Shown here in pieces: positions 1 to 11,299 of a stretch of 64,000 bases of DNA. The notes beneath the pieces are model-generated. The model was not told the origin of the DNA, ran no database searches, and saw only the letters and a program-made list of their open reading frames with translations. This stretch comes from an uncultured Bacilli bacterium (GTDB taxonomy: Bacteria; Bacillota_I; Bacilli_A; RFN20; CAG-631), in the NCBI GenBank assembly GCA_947627355.1, contig CANQVX010000004.1, forward strand, positions 12,459 to 76,458, written 5' to 3'. The number at the start of each line of letters is the position of its first letter. Within the stretch, counting starts at the first letter, position 1. Both the position numbers and the translations under genes were made by a program.

Positions 1-2208
1 ACAGTGCCAGCTGATTTAAGATTAACTAAAGCCATTAATTTAAAAATTGATGAATCATCTTTAACAGGTGAATCAATTCCAGTTGTTAAAAATAGTGATG
101 TCATTTTAAATAAAGATACTCCAATTGCTGATAGAGTTAATGTTTGTTATATGTCTAGTAATGTTGTCTATGGTCATGGTGAAGGAATTGTTATTAGTAT
201 TGGAATGAATACACAAATCGGAACAATAGCTAAAATGTTAAATGAACAAGAAAAAGAATTGACACCACTACAAAAAAAGTTAGCAGGACTTGGTAAATTT
301 CTAGGAATCTTATCTATTTCAATTTGTTTGCTTTTGTTAATGGTTGCCTTGCTTCAAAAAAGAAATGTTATAGAAATGTTAATTACATCTATTTCACTTG
401 CAGTCGCTGCTATTCCTGAAGGATTAGTAGCAATTGTTACAATTGTTTTATCCTTAGGTGTATCTAAAATGGTTAAGGTAAATACCATTGTAAGAAAACT
501 TCATAGTGTTGAAACGTTAGGCTCAGTAAATGTAATTTGTTCGGATAAAACGGGAACTTTGACTCAAAACAAGATGAAAGTAGTCGAAGCCTATATGAAC
601 CATAAAAACTATGAAATAAATAAATTTGATAGGCAACTTGAAACATTAGCCTTAGGTCTTGCTTTATGTAACGATGCTAAAATTGAAAATGATAAAGAAA
701 TCGGTGATCCTACTGAAGTAGCCTTACTATCATTTTATAAAAATATCGATTCACTCGACAAATTAGATAAATATAAAAGAATTGATGAAATTCCTTTTGA
801 TAGTGATAGGAAGATGATGTCAACACTACATCAAAAAGATTTTTCATCAATTATGTTTTGTAAAGGTGCATTAGATAAAGTTATTTTAAAATGTAATTCC
901 ATTTTGATAAATAATAAGGTTATACCATTATCTAATAATGATAAACAAGAAATAATAAAAGCCTCTGATAATATGGCTGATAAAGCTTTAAGAGTGCTTG
1001 CTTTAGCTTATAAAGAAACTAATAAACTAGATGAAAATAATTTAATCTTTATAGGTATGGTTGGCATGATTGATCCACCAAGAAATGAAGCAATTCTATC
1101 GATAAAAAGGCTAAAAAAAGCAGGAATCAGTACAATTATGATAACTGGTGATCATAAAAAAACTGCCATGGCTATTGCAAAACAATTAGACATAGCATCT
1201 AATGAAAATCAATGTTTAAGTGGTAATGAATTAGATTTACTATCTGATAAACAATTAAAAGAAAACATTTATAAATATAAAGTATTTGCTCGTGTTAGTC
1301 CTCTTCATAAAGTACGTATTGTAAAAGCCTTAAAAGAAAATGGTAATATTGTTGCTATGACTGGTGATGGAGTTAATGATGCTCCAAGTTTAAAAGCAGC
1401 CGATGTTGGAATATCTATGGGTATAACTGGAACTGATGTAGCTAAAAATGCCTCAGATATTATTTTAAGTGATGATAATTTTTCATCAATTGAAAAAGCA
1501 ATTGAAGAAGGAAGAGGGATTTATACCAATATTAAAAAATCATTGTTATTTTTATTATCTAGTAATATTGGTGAAATTCTTACCATGTTTTTAGGTGTTT
1601 TACTTAACTTACCTATTCCCTTATTAGCTATTCATATATTATGGGTTAATTTACTTACTGATTCTTTACCTGCTCTTGCGCTTGGTCAAGATGATAATGG
1701 TAAACAATTAATGGATGAAAAACCACGAGATGTTAAAGAATCATTATTTGCTCATGGTGGTTTAAAAATATTAATAGGTTATGGCTTACTTATTGGAATT
1801 GTATCATTATCAGCTTATTTAATTGTTCCTATTTCCTATTGTTTATCTAATGGTATATCTGTTTCATATCATTCAATATTAAATGTTTTAAAAATCTCAA
1901 CAGTTTTAAAAAGGGCTCAAACCTATGCTTTTTGTACATTAGCATTGAGTCAACTATATCATAGCATTGGTATGAAAAATATGGTTAGAAGTGCATTTGA
2001 TAATAGATTGTTTAAAAATAAATTATTAATTGTTTCATTTTTACTTGGTTATTTTATTCAAATCTTAGTTACTGAGTTACCATTTTTGAATGAAATATTT
2101 AAAACAACTCATTTACATCTAATGGATTGGATAATTATAAGTTTATTTTCAATGATGCCATTACTAGTACATGAAATAATAGCATTATTTAAAAAGAATC
2201 ATTCATAA
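1..2208 (+). CDS. P-type cation-transporting ATPase (type IIA Ca2+-ATPase-like); N-terminus cut off by the window edge
   Basis: P-type ATPase signatures are present: phosphorylation site CSDKTGTLTQN, AAIPEGL, and hinge TGDGVNDAPSLK. About 10 TM segments. The ORF runs open to the window start. Confidence 0.85.
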   Translation, partial: TVPADLRLTKAINLKIDESSLTGESIPVVKNSDVILNKDTPIADRVNVCYMSSNVVYGHGEGIVISIGMNTQIGTIAKMLNEQEKELTPLQKKLAGLGKFLGILSISICLLLLMVALLQKRNVIEMLITSISLAVAAIPEGLVAIVTIVLSLGVSKMVKVNTIVRKLHSVETLGSVNVICSDKTGTLTQNKMKVVEAYMNHKNYEINKFDRQLETLALGLALCNDAKIENDKEIGDPTEVALLSFYKNIDSLDKLDKYKRIDEIPFDSDRKMMSTLHQKDFSSIMFCKGALDKVILKCNSILINNKVIPLSNNDKQEIIKASDNMADKALRVLALAYKETNKLDENNLIFIGMVGMIDPPRNEAILSIKRLKKAGISTIMITGDHKKTAMAIAKQLDIASNENQCLSGNELDLLSDKQLKENIYKYKVFARVSPLHKVRIVKALKENGNIVAMTGDGVNDAPSLKAADVGISMGITGTDVAKNASDIILSDDNFSSIEKAIEEGRGIYTNIKKSLLFLLSSNIGEILTMFLGVLLNLPIPLLAIHILWVNLLTDSLPALALGQDDNGKQLMDEKPRDVKESLFAHGGLKILIGYGLLIGIVSLSAYLIVPISYCLSNGISVSYHSILNVLKISTVLKRAQTYAFCTLALSQLYHSIGMKNMVRSAFDNRLFKNKLLIVSFLLGYFIQILVTELPFLNEIFKTTHLHLMDWIIISLFSMMPLLVHEIIALFKKNHS

Positions 2209-2738
2209 ACTTCTTGATATGTTTGATTATTATAATCATAGAAGAAATCTTCTTTAGGTGGTTTAATAGTCCAAGATGTAAAGATAATGGTTATTCCTAC
2301 AATAACGATTAATGATATTGTCGGTGATAAATAAACAGAACCTTTGCTTTTATATATTAAATAAGCAAATAAGTTTCCTAAACATATACCAACAAATAAA
2401 GAAACTATATCAATAATCATTGATTTAACGTGAAAAATCAAATCAAAAAAGTAATAAGTAGAATAAACAATTACAAATGTTGTAAGGAATACAATTATCG
2501 GTAGAAAGGCCCATTTTTTCAAATTAATGGGTATTACTTTATATAAAAAAGCAGTTAGAAAATAATAAAAAACACAAGGATAGAAAAACATCTTAGCATG
2601 TTGAAATAAACTTTCGTTAACTGGACTTAAATAACTTATAAATAGTGAATAATTAGACCATTTGAATAAAAAATGACTTAAACATGATAGTCCAAAGATA
2701 AAAAATACACCAATAATAAATAACTTCTTTTCTTTCAT
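2199..2738 (-). CDS. hypothetical polytopic membrane protein (179 aa)
   Basis: Long ORF with 5-6 hydrophobic segments. Lies downstream of, and on the same strand as, the membrane-bound XRE regulator. No recognisable catalytic motif. Confidence 0.5.
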   Translation of the reverse strand: MKEKKLFIIGVFFIFGLSCLSHFLFKWSNYSLFISYLSPVNESLFQHAKMFFYPCVFYYFLTAFLYKVIPINLKKWAFLPIIVFLTTFVIVYSTYYFFDLIFHVKSMIIDIVSLFVGICLGNLFAYLIYKSKGSVYLSPTISLIVIVGITIIFTSWTIKPPKEDFFYDYNNQTYQEVYE

Positions 2739-2824
2739 AATACCACCTATAGTTAGTATAATTAGAATTGGTATTTACTATTAGTGTTAGAATTTGGTAA
2801 TAAAAAATGCCGATAGAATCGACA

Positions 2825-3502
2825 TTAATCTAAATAATCAGGTAAATTATTTTTACGTGTCAGTTTACTTTTTATAGCAATTATTTCGCTTGCAATACTT
2901 TCAACTTGTTTCATCGGACCTATTTCATAAGTTTCATCTTTTGTTTTGATTATTAAATAACCAGCACTTGAATATAACAAATGAAGGCCTTTACTATCTT
3001 TTGTTTTACATTCTTCAATATCATTAAAACTTACAAATATCTTGTTGTTATCTTTTTTTAAATATAAGCCTTCATTATTTTGATAAAGCAAGATCTTAGA
3101 ATGAATTCTAGAAGTCGTAAATAAGAAAACAAATAAAACTGATAATATAGCAAATATTAGAATCCAAATAAAAGGTCTATTTCTACTAAAACATAATAAA
3201 ACTAAGATAACAATTGATAAAACCATGAAAAACAAATAAGTATTAGCTAAAACAAATGAACGATAACCAATAGGCTTTTGATATTTATCTTTACTAGTAT
3301 TAGCTAGTTCTAATAACATTTTGTTATCAAGGTCAAACACTTTAGCAATTTTTGTAATCGTTTGATTATTAGGAATAGCTTCTTTTCTTTCCCATTGCTT
3401 TATAGAATTAGTGGCGATATTTAATTTACTTGCCATTTCTTCTTGACTGAGGTTATATTTATTTCTAAATTGAATCATATAAGAAGCAAAATCATTATCC
3501 AT
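2825..3502 (-). CDS. membrane-anchored XRE-family (Cro/C1 HTH) transcriptional regulator
   Basis: N-terminal HTH_3 region (LSQEEMASKLNIATNSIKQWERKEAIPN). Two TM helices follow, then a roughly 90 aa C-terminal domain. Confidence 0.6.
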   Translation of the reverse strand: MDNDFASYMIQFRNKYNLSQEEMASKLNIATNSIKQWERKEAIPNNQTITKIAKVFDLDNKMLLELANTSKDKYQKPIGYRSFVLANTYLFFMVLSIVILVLLCFSRNRPFIWILIFAILSVLFVFLFTTSRIHSKILLYQNNEGLYLKKDNNKIFVSFNDIEECKTKDSKGLHLLYSSAGYLIIKTKDETYEIGPMKQVESIASEIIAIKSKLTRKNNLPDYLD

Positions 3503-3528
3503 AAGTTCACCTTCTTTTATAATTTTAA

Positions 3529-5553
<2,025 letters not shown>

Positions 5554-5567
5554 TTAAGTCAACTCCT

Positions 5568-7700
5568 TTATCCTTTTATTAAAGTTATTGATGGATGATT
5601 AGCCATCAAAGTCTTTCTACCATATTTTGGATCTTTAAACACAACTTCAATCAAACCATCTTCTTGATATAAAACAATACCTTGACCAAAGACAGCATGA
5701 TTAATAATACTACCATTTTTAAACATGACATTTTCATTAGAAGGCTTACTATCATGTTGAATATTTATGTTTTGTTTAATAGCTTGTTCTTTGATTTCTT
5801 TTAAAAATCTTGATGGATATTTGACACCAGAATAAGTATGTCCTCCACTATCGGTTAAAAACAATCTTTTTTTTGCTCTTGTTAAAGCAACATAGAAAAT
5901 TCTTCTTTCTTCTTCAAGTCCATCGATTTTTTCTTGAATTGCTCTTGAAGAAGGAAAGATTCCATCAATAAGTCCATAGACAAAAACATTTTCAAATTCA
6001 AGACCTTTAGCGGTATGAATAGTCATTAAATTAACACAATCTTGAACTTTATCTTTGTTTTCCATTTCATCTTGACTTGAATATAAAGCTATATCTTGTA
6101 AAAACATTTCTAAAGTAGAATCTTCTTTCTTTAAATAGTTTTCAAGTTGAGTGATTAAAACCTTAATGTTATCGATACGTTCTTCTTGTTCACTAAGTCT
6201 AAGTTCATCAATATAGCCACAATCAAGTAAATATTCATAAAGAATCTTATCAGCCTTTTTAGGTTCAAGTGTTAGTTTATCATGTAACATAGCAAGTCCA
6301 TTTACAAATGATAATAATGCTTTAGCGGTTCTAGATGAAATATAAAAGGTATCTTCAACGCAATCTTTATATTTAAAAATTGCCGGTAGAATCGACATAT
6401 TTTCGGTTTGAGCATAGGCTTGAATCTTTTTAAATGAAGTATCACCGATACCTCTTCTCATACATTCAAGACAACGAATAAAAGCAAGGTCATCTTCAAA
6501 ATTCAAAGCTATTTTTAAAAAGCTAACACAGTCTTTGATTTCTTTTCTTTGATAGAAACGAATAGCACCATAAATTTTATATGGAATATGTTTTTCAAGC
6601 AAAGCTTTTTCAAGTTCAGCAGTTAAACTATTAACACGATATAAAATAGCAAAATCATTATATTTAACACTCACACCATTATATAATGAGCGAATGTTAT
6701 CACAAACATATCTTGCCTCATCATAACCATCTTTACCATGGAAGAAATGAATTTCTTCACCTTCACTAGCTTTGGTAAATAAATTCTTCTTTAAACGATG
6801 AACATTATTTTGAATCAAACGATTAGCAATCTTTAAAATATTGCCCGTTGACCGATAGTTTTGCTCTAAATTAATGGTTATTAAACTTGGAAAATCTTTA
6901 TTTAAATCAAGAATGATTTTGATATCAGCCCCACGCCAAGTATAAATGGTTTGGTCGGGATCACCAACAACAGTGATATCATTTTCTTTTCCAGCAAGTA
7001 GTTTTAACAAAAGATATTGATTAGCATCGACATCTTGAAATTCATCAACCAAAATATGTTTTAAACGATGTTGCCATTTTTCTAAAACATGAGGGTTTTC
7101 TTTAAGAATTAGAATGGTTTTTAAAATTAAATCATCAAAATCTAAATAAAAACCCTTTTTTAATGTTTCTTCATATTCTTTATAAATTTCAGCTTTTAAA
7201 TGTTCATAGTAATCAACACTGCTATTGTTTAAAACAGTTTCAACATCTTCCCAATTGTTTTTCTTATTAGCAATGTAGTCTAGTAAATATTTAATTGTGA
7301 AATCTTTGTTATTAATGTTTTTATTTTCAATTATTTTCTTGATTATTTTCTTTTGGTCATCTTCATCAAGAATGGTGAAGTTGCTAGGATAATTTATATG
7401 TTTAATATCTTCTCTTAAAAGTCTTGCACAAAACGAATGGAAAGTAGAAATACGCATGTTTAAAGAAAAGTCATTTAACATTTCTCTAACCCGATAATGG
7501 ATTTCATCAGCGGCTTTATTAGTAAAAGTAATAGCAAGAATTTGGTAAGGATTGATGTCACATTTTTCAATCAAATAAGCAATACGAAAAGTTAAAACTC
7601 TAGTCTTACCACTACCAGCTCCAGCAATAATTCTAAGATAATGAGCATTAGATGTAACTGCTTCATATTGTTTATCGTTTAATTGGCCTTTATAATCCAT
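5568..7700 (-). CDS. pcrA: ATP-dependent DNA helicase PcrA (UvrD family)
   Basis: Walker A GAGSGKTRVLTFRIAYL, DEFQD box (VDEFQDVD), other UvrD/Rep helicase motifs. 710 aa. pcrA-ligA operon arrangement. Confidence 0.93.
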   Translation of the reverse strand: MDYKGQLNDKQYEAVTSNAHYLRIIAGAGSGKTRVLTFRIAYLIEKCDINPYQILAITFTNKAADEIHYRVREMLNDFSLNMRISTFHSFCARLLREDIKHINYPSNFTILDEDDQKKIIKKIIENKNINNKDFTIKYLLDYIANKKNNWEDVETVLNNSSVDYYEHLKAEIYKEYEETLKKGFYLDFDDLILKTILILKENPHVLEKWQHRLKHILVDEFQDVDANQYLLLKLLAGKENDITVVGDPDQTIYTWRGADIKIILDLNKDFPSLITINLEQNYRSTGNILKIANRLIQNNVHRLKKNLFTKASEGEEIHFFHGKDGYDEARYVCDNIRSLYNGVSVKYNDFAILYRVNSLTAELEKALLEKHIPYKIYGAIRFYQRKEIKDCVSFLKIALNFEDDLAFIRCLECMRRGIGDTSFKKIQAYAQTENMSILPAIFKYKDCVEDTFYISSRTAKALLSFVNGLAMLHDKLTLEPKKADKILYEYLLDCGYIDELRLSEQEERIDNIKVLITQLENYLKKEDSTLEMFLQDIALYSSQDEMENKDKVQDCVNLMTIHTAKGLEFENVFVYGLIDGIFPSSRAIQEKIDGLEEERRIFYVALTRAKKRLFLTDSGGHTYSGVKYPSRFLKEIKEQAIKQNINIQHDSKPSNENVMFKNGSIINHAVFGQGIVLYQEDGLIEVVFKDPKYGRKTLMANHPSITLIKG

Positions 7701-7751
7701 ACCTTCACAAGTAAAAAAGAGTAGGAAAACCCACTCTTTTTACGTTCTCCT

Positions 7752-7877
7752 TTACTTATTTTTGGTGTCGGGAGTACGATTATTTGATTTTTCTACTTCT
7801 TTTTTTGGCTCATTTTCTTTAGCCTCAACAGTCTCTTTTTGTTCTTTCTTTTTGAACAATTTTTTGAAAAATTCCAT
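7752..7877 (-). CDS. small lysine-rich hypothetical peptide (about 41 aa)
   Basis: ORF MEFFKKLFKKKEQKE... preceded by a good SD (AGGAGAGAA). Occupies the position where pcrB sits upstream of pcrA in Bacillus. No homology recognised. Confidence 0.3.
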   Translation of the reverse strand: MEFFKKLFKKKEQKETVEAKENEPKKEVEKSNNRTPDTKNK

Positions 7878-8081
7878 TCGTATTCTCTCCTTTTTTAGTA
7901 TAGCATATTTGCAATTGAGATAAAAGATTTTAAGCACTTATTTTTATCTTAAAATTGATTCAAATTGCATTATAATTTTATTAAAATTCAAGACCATTTT
8001 AGAACCTGTTACTTAAATTTTTTATAAAAAATTAAGTAAATGTTTAAAAATATGTTATACTTACTAATTGAGGTGAAAAAT

Positions 8082-9059
8082 ATGCTAAAACTTGCTGTTG
8101 ATGCCATGGGTGGCGATAATGGAAGTAAAATCGTTGTCGATGCTATTTTAAGTTATTTAAAAGAACATAACGATGTTGAATTTCATGTTGTAGGAAAACA
8201 AGAAGAATTAAAAGCCTTAGAAAATAAAGCTATCATTTATCATGCTGATGATGTAATGGGTATGGAAGATGGAGCCTTAACAATTTTACGTAAAAAAGAA
8301 ACTAGCATGAATAAAGCTGTTGAACTATGTGCAAATGGTATTTGTGATGGGGTTATCAGTTGTGGTTCTACAGGTGCTTTTTTAACTTTATCAACACTTA
8401 AAGTTAAACTTATTAAAAATGTAAAAAGAGCAGCTTTAGGAACATTATTTCCAACAGTTGATCCAAATAAATTTGTCTTAATGCTTGATTTAGGTGCTAG
8501 TAATGAAAACACTGGTGAACAAATTGCTCAATTTGCTGAAATGGGCCAAGTTGTTTATCAAAGTTTGTTTAATAAAGAAGACGTAAATGTTTATCTTTTA
8601 TCAAATGGTTCAGAAGATAAAAAAGGTTGCCCAGAAGGCAAAGAAGCCTTTAATATTTTAAAAGAAAAGGACTATCCTTGGTTTAAAGGTAACATGGAAT
8701 CTAAATTTGTTTTAAATGGTGAAGCTGATGTTGTGGCAACTGGAGGTTATGCTGGAAATGTCTTACTTAAGTCTATTGAAGGTACAGCTTCTATGATGTC
8801 AAAACTTATAAAAAAAGCATTTAGAAAAAATTTATTTACCAAAATTGGTTATTTATTTGCAAAATCCGGAATAAAAGATATGAAAAAACACGTTGATCCT
8901 GCAAGGGGTGGAGGAGCAATGTTAATTGGTTGCAATAAAATATGCGTTAAAGCTCACGGAAATAGTGATGCTGTTGCATTTAAAACAGGAATCGAATTCA
9001 CAATTAATATGATTAAGAGTCATATCTGTGAAACATTAAAAGAAAAATATGAACAATAA
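8082..9059 (+). CDS. plsX: phosphate acyltransferase PlsX
   Basis: N-terminus MLKLAVDAMGGDNG is typical of PlsX. GGYAGNVLLK motif. SD GAGGTGA upstream of the ATG at 8082; the ORF-track start at 8040 is probably too far upstream. Confidence 0.9.
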   Translation: MLKLAVDAMGGDNGSKIVVDAILSYLKEHNDVEFHVVGKQEELKALENKAIIYHADDVMGMEDGALTILRKKETSMNKAVELCANGICDGVISCGSTGAFLTLSTLKVKLIKNVKRAALGTLFPTVDPNKFVLMLDLGASNENTGEQIAQFAEMGQVVYQSLFNKEDVNVYLLSNGSEDKKGCPEGKEAFNILKEKDYPWFKGNMESKFVLNGEADVVATGGYAGNVLLKSIEGTASMMSKLIKKAFRKNLFTKIGYLFAKSGIKDMKKHVDPARGGGAMLIGCNKICVKAHGNSDAVAFKTGIEFTINMIKSHICETLKEKYEQ

Positions 9060-9732
9060 TTTTGATAAATTACTAAAACCTTTTAATATCCATCCCAAGA
9101 ATCATGATTTATATGTTGAAGCATTAACTCATTCATCATATGCTAATGAAGAAAATCTTGATAAAGATTATCAAAGACTTGAATTCATGGGCGATGCTGT
9201 TTTTCAAATTGTATCAGCAGATATGATTTATAAAAAATATCCTGATATGCAAGAAGGTGAAATGACTAAACTTAGAATTAAATTAGTTCAAGAAGTAAGT
9301 CTAGCTCAACTTGGAAAAGAAATTCATATCAATGATTATATGTTATTAGGACGTGGTGAAGAAAAAAGCAATGGCCGTGAAAAAATATCATTAATTGCCG
9401 ATTGTGTCGAAGCTTTTTTAGGTGCTATCTATATTGACCAAGGCTTTAGTGTGGCTAAAAGAGTAGCATTAACGTGGCTTAAACGAATCTTTAGAGATCT
9501 TCCAGAATTAGAAGTAAATGATTATAAATCACAATTACAAGAATTAATTCAAAGTGATAGTAGAGAGCCTTTAAAATATGTTGAAATTGGTCAAACAGGA
9601 CAAGACAATAACAAAACATTTTATTTTAAAGTTCTTCATAACAACATAGAATTAGGAAGAGGTAAAGGTAAAACTAAAAAAGAAGCAGAACAATTTGCTG
9701 CTAAAGAAGCCTTATCAAAAGTTGCTAGATAG
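9049..9732 (+). CDS. rnc: ribonuclease III
   Basis: RNase III signature ERLEFMGDAV. C-terminal dsRBD. 227 aa. Confidence 0.93.
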   Translation: MNNNFDKLLKPFNIHPKNHDLYVEALTHSSYANEENLDKDYQRLEFMGDAVFQIVSADMIYKKYPDMQEGEMTKLRIKLVQEVSLAQLGKEIHINDYMLLGRGEEKSNGREKISLIADCVEAFLGAIYIDQGFSVAKRVALTWLKRIFRDLPELEVNDYKSQLQELIQSDSREPLKYVEIGQTGQDNNKTFYFKVLHNNIELGRGKGKTKKEAEQFAAKEALSKVAR

Positions 9733-9746
9733 AAAGGAAAAGATAT

Positions 9747-10724
9747 ATGGGTCTATTTAAGAAAATTAAAGAAGCGTTAGCTAAAAGAAAAACAACCCAA
9801 CAAGAAAAATATGTTTCTGGTCTTGATAAATCAAGAAAGAATTTTGTCGATAAATTGGCACGTTTAAAAGGAAAATATAAAACTGGTAATGATGAATATT
9901 TTGATGAACTATTACAAATCTTAATTGAATCAGATGTCGGTGTTGCTACCGCTATGAGTATTGTTGAAGCAACTCAAGCCGAAGTAGCAGTTTCTAAAGT
10001 AAAAGAAATAGAACAAATAAATGAAATCTTAGTTGATAAAATGTTTGTTAGTTATACTAGTGATGATATTCTATCATCTGAAATTGAATTTAAACATGAT
10101 TTAACAGTTTTGCTCATTGTTGGTGTTAATGGCGTTGGTAAAACAACCTCAATTGCTAAACTTTGTAATCGTTATAAAAAAGAACATAAAAAAGTATTGC
10201 TAGCAGCTGCTGATACTTTTAGAGCTGGTGCTATTGATCAACTTAAAATCTGGGCTGAACGAGTTGGCGTTGATATCGTAACAGGTAAAGAAAATAGTGA
10301 TCCATCTTCAGTTATCTATGATGCTCTTAAAAAAGCTAAGAATGAAAAATATGATTTACTAATATGTGATACAGCTGGTAGAGTTCAAACTAAACAAAAC
10401 TTAATGGATGAACTAGCAAAAATGAATCGTATTATTTATAAAGAACTACAAAGGCAAGCTGATGAAGTGTTATTAGTAATTGATGCAACTACCGGTCAAA
10501 ACGGAGTTTTACAAGCTAAAGCTTTCTTTGAAGCAACTTCCGTTAGTGGTATTATTTTAACTAAAATGGATTCAACATCAAAAGGTGGAATCATTTTAGC
10601 TATTAAAGATGAATTAAAGATTCCAGTTAAATTTATTTGTTTTGGTGAAAAATTAGATGATATTGAAGAATTTGACTTAGAACAATATCTATATGGTTTA
10701 ACTAAAGGGTTAGGAGATGAATAA
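9747..10724 (+). CDS. ftsY: signal recognition particle receptor FtsY (short form)
   Basis: SRP GTPase NG domain: GVNGVGKTTSIAKL, DTAGR, TKMD. 325 aa. Confidence 0.93.
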   Translation: MGLFKKIKEALAKRKTTQQEKYVSGLDKSRKNFVDKLARLKGKYKTGNDEYFDELLQILIESDVGVATAMSIVEATQAEVAVSKVKEIEQINEILVDKMFVSYTSDDILSSEIEFKHDLTVLLIVGVNGVGKTTSIAKLCNRYKKEHKKVLLAAADTFRAGAIDQLKIWAERVGVDIVTGKENSDPSSVIYDALKKAKNEKYDLLICDTAGRVQTKQNLMDELAKMNRIIYKELQRQADEVLLVIDATTGQNGVLQAKAFFEATSVSGIILTKMDSTSKGGIILAIKDELKIPVKFICFGEKLDDIEEFDLEQYLYGLTKGLGDE

Positions 10725-10726
10725 GA

Positions 10727-10990
10727 GTGCGTAGAAGTTTTTTGTTTCAATTAATTTTTATTTTACTTATCCAAGTAGCAATTAATTTTTTGTGTAGCAT
10801 TGTTTTTGGTGCTAATGTATTAGCAGCTCAACTTACAAGTGATGCTTTAATTGCTTTAGTATTTGCTTATATTATGTTGCCACCTGGTTTTAGAAAAGGT
10901 TGGTATAAACAAGAGGCCTTTCATAAGATGGCAATTACTTACTTTTTGATTTTTACAGTTATTAGTCTTTTATTTGGAGTAATGATTTAA
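10727..10990 (+). CDS. small hypothetical membrane protein (87 aa, GTG start)
   Basis: Two to three hydrophobic helices. Tightly packed between ftsY and ylxM. No homology recognised. Confidence 0.35.
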   Translation: MRRSFLFQLIFILLIQVAINFLCSIVFGANVLAAQLTSDALIALVFAYIMLPPGFRKGWYKQEAFHKMAITYFLIFTVISLLFGVMI

Positions 10991-11298
10991 TGGATATTAA
11001 TAAAACCGAGAAAATTAACGATTTGCTCGACATTTATCGCACTCTATTAACTAAAAAACAACAAGTTGTTATGGATATGTATTATGCTGATAACTATTCT
11101 TTAAGTGAAATAGCACTTAACCTAAAAGTTACAAGAACAGCTATATATGATATCATCAAAAGAACAACAGCCTTATTAGAAGATTATGAAAACAAATTAC
11201 ATTTTCTAACTACTAGAAATAGAATTTTAAATGAAATTAAAGATTTAGATGAAAACAAAAGAAATAAAATCGAAGAAATTTTAATGGATGGTGAATAA
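10990..11298 (+). CDS. ylxM: YlxM/p13-like HTH protein (UPF0122) of the SRP operon
   Basis: About 100 aa with a sigma-70 region-4-like HTH (YSLSEIALNLKVTRTAIYD). Sits between ftsY and ffh, as ylxM does in Firmicutes. Confidence 0.85.
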   Translation: MDINKTEKINDLLDIYRTLLTKKQQVVMDMYYADNYSLSEIALNLKVTRTAIYDIIKRTTALLEDYENKLHFLTTRNRILNEIKDLDENKRNKIEEILMDGE

Positions 11299-11299
11299 C

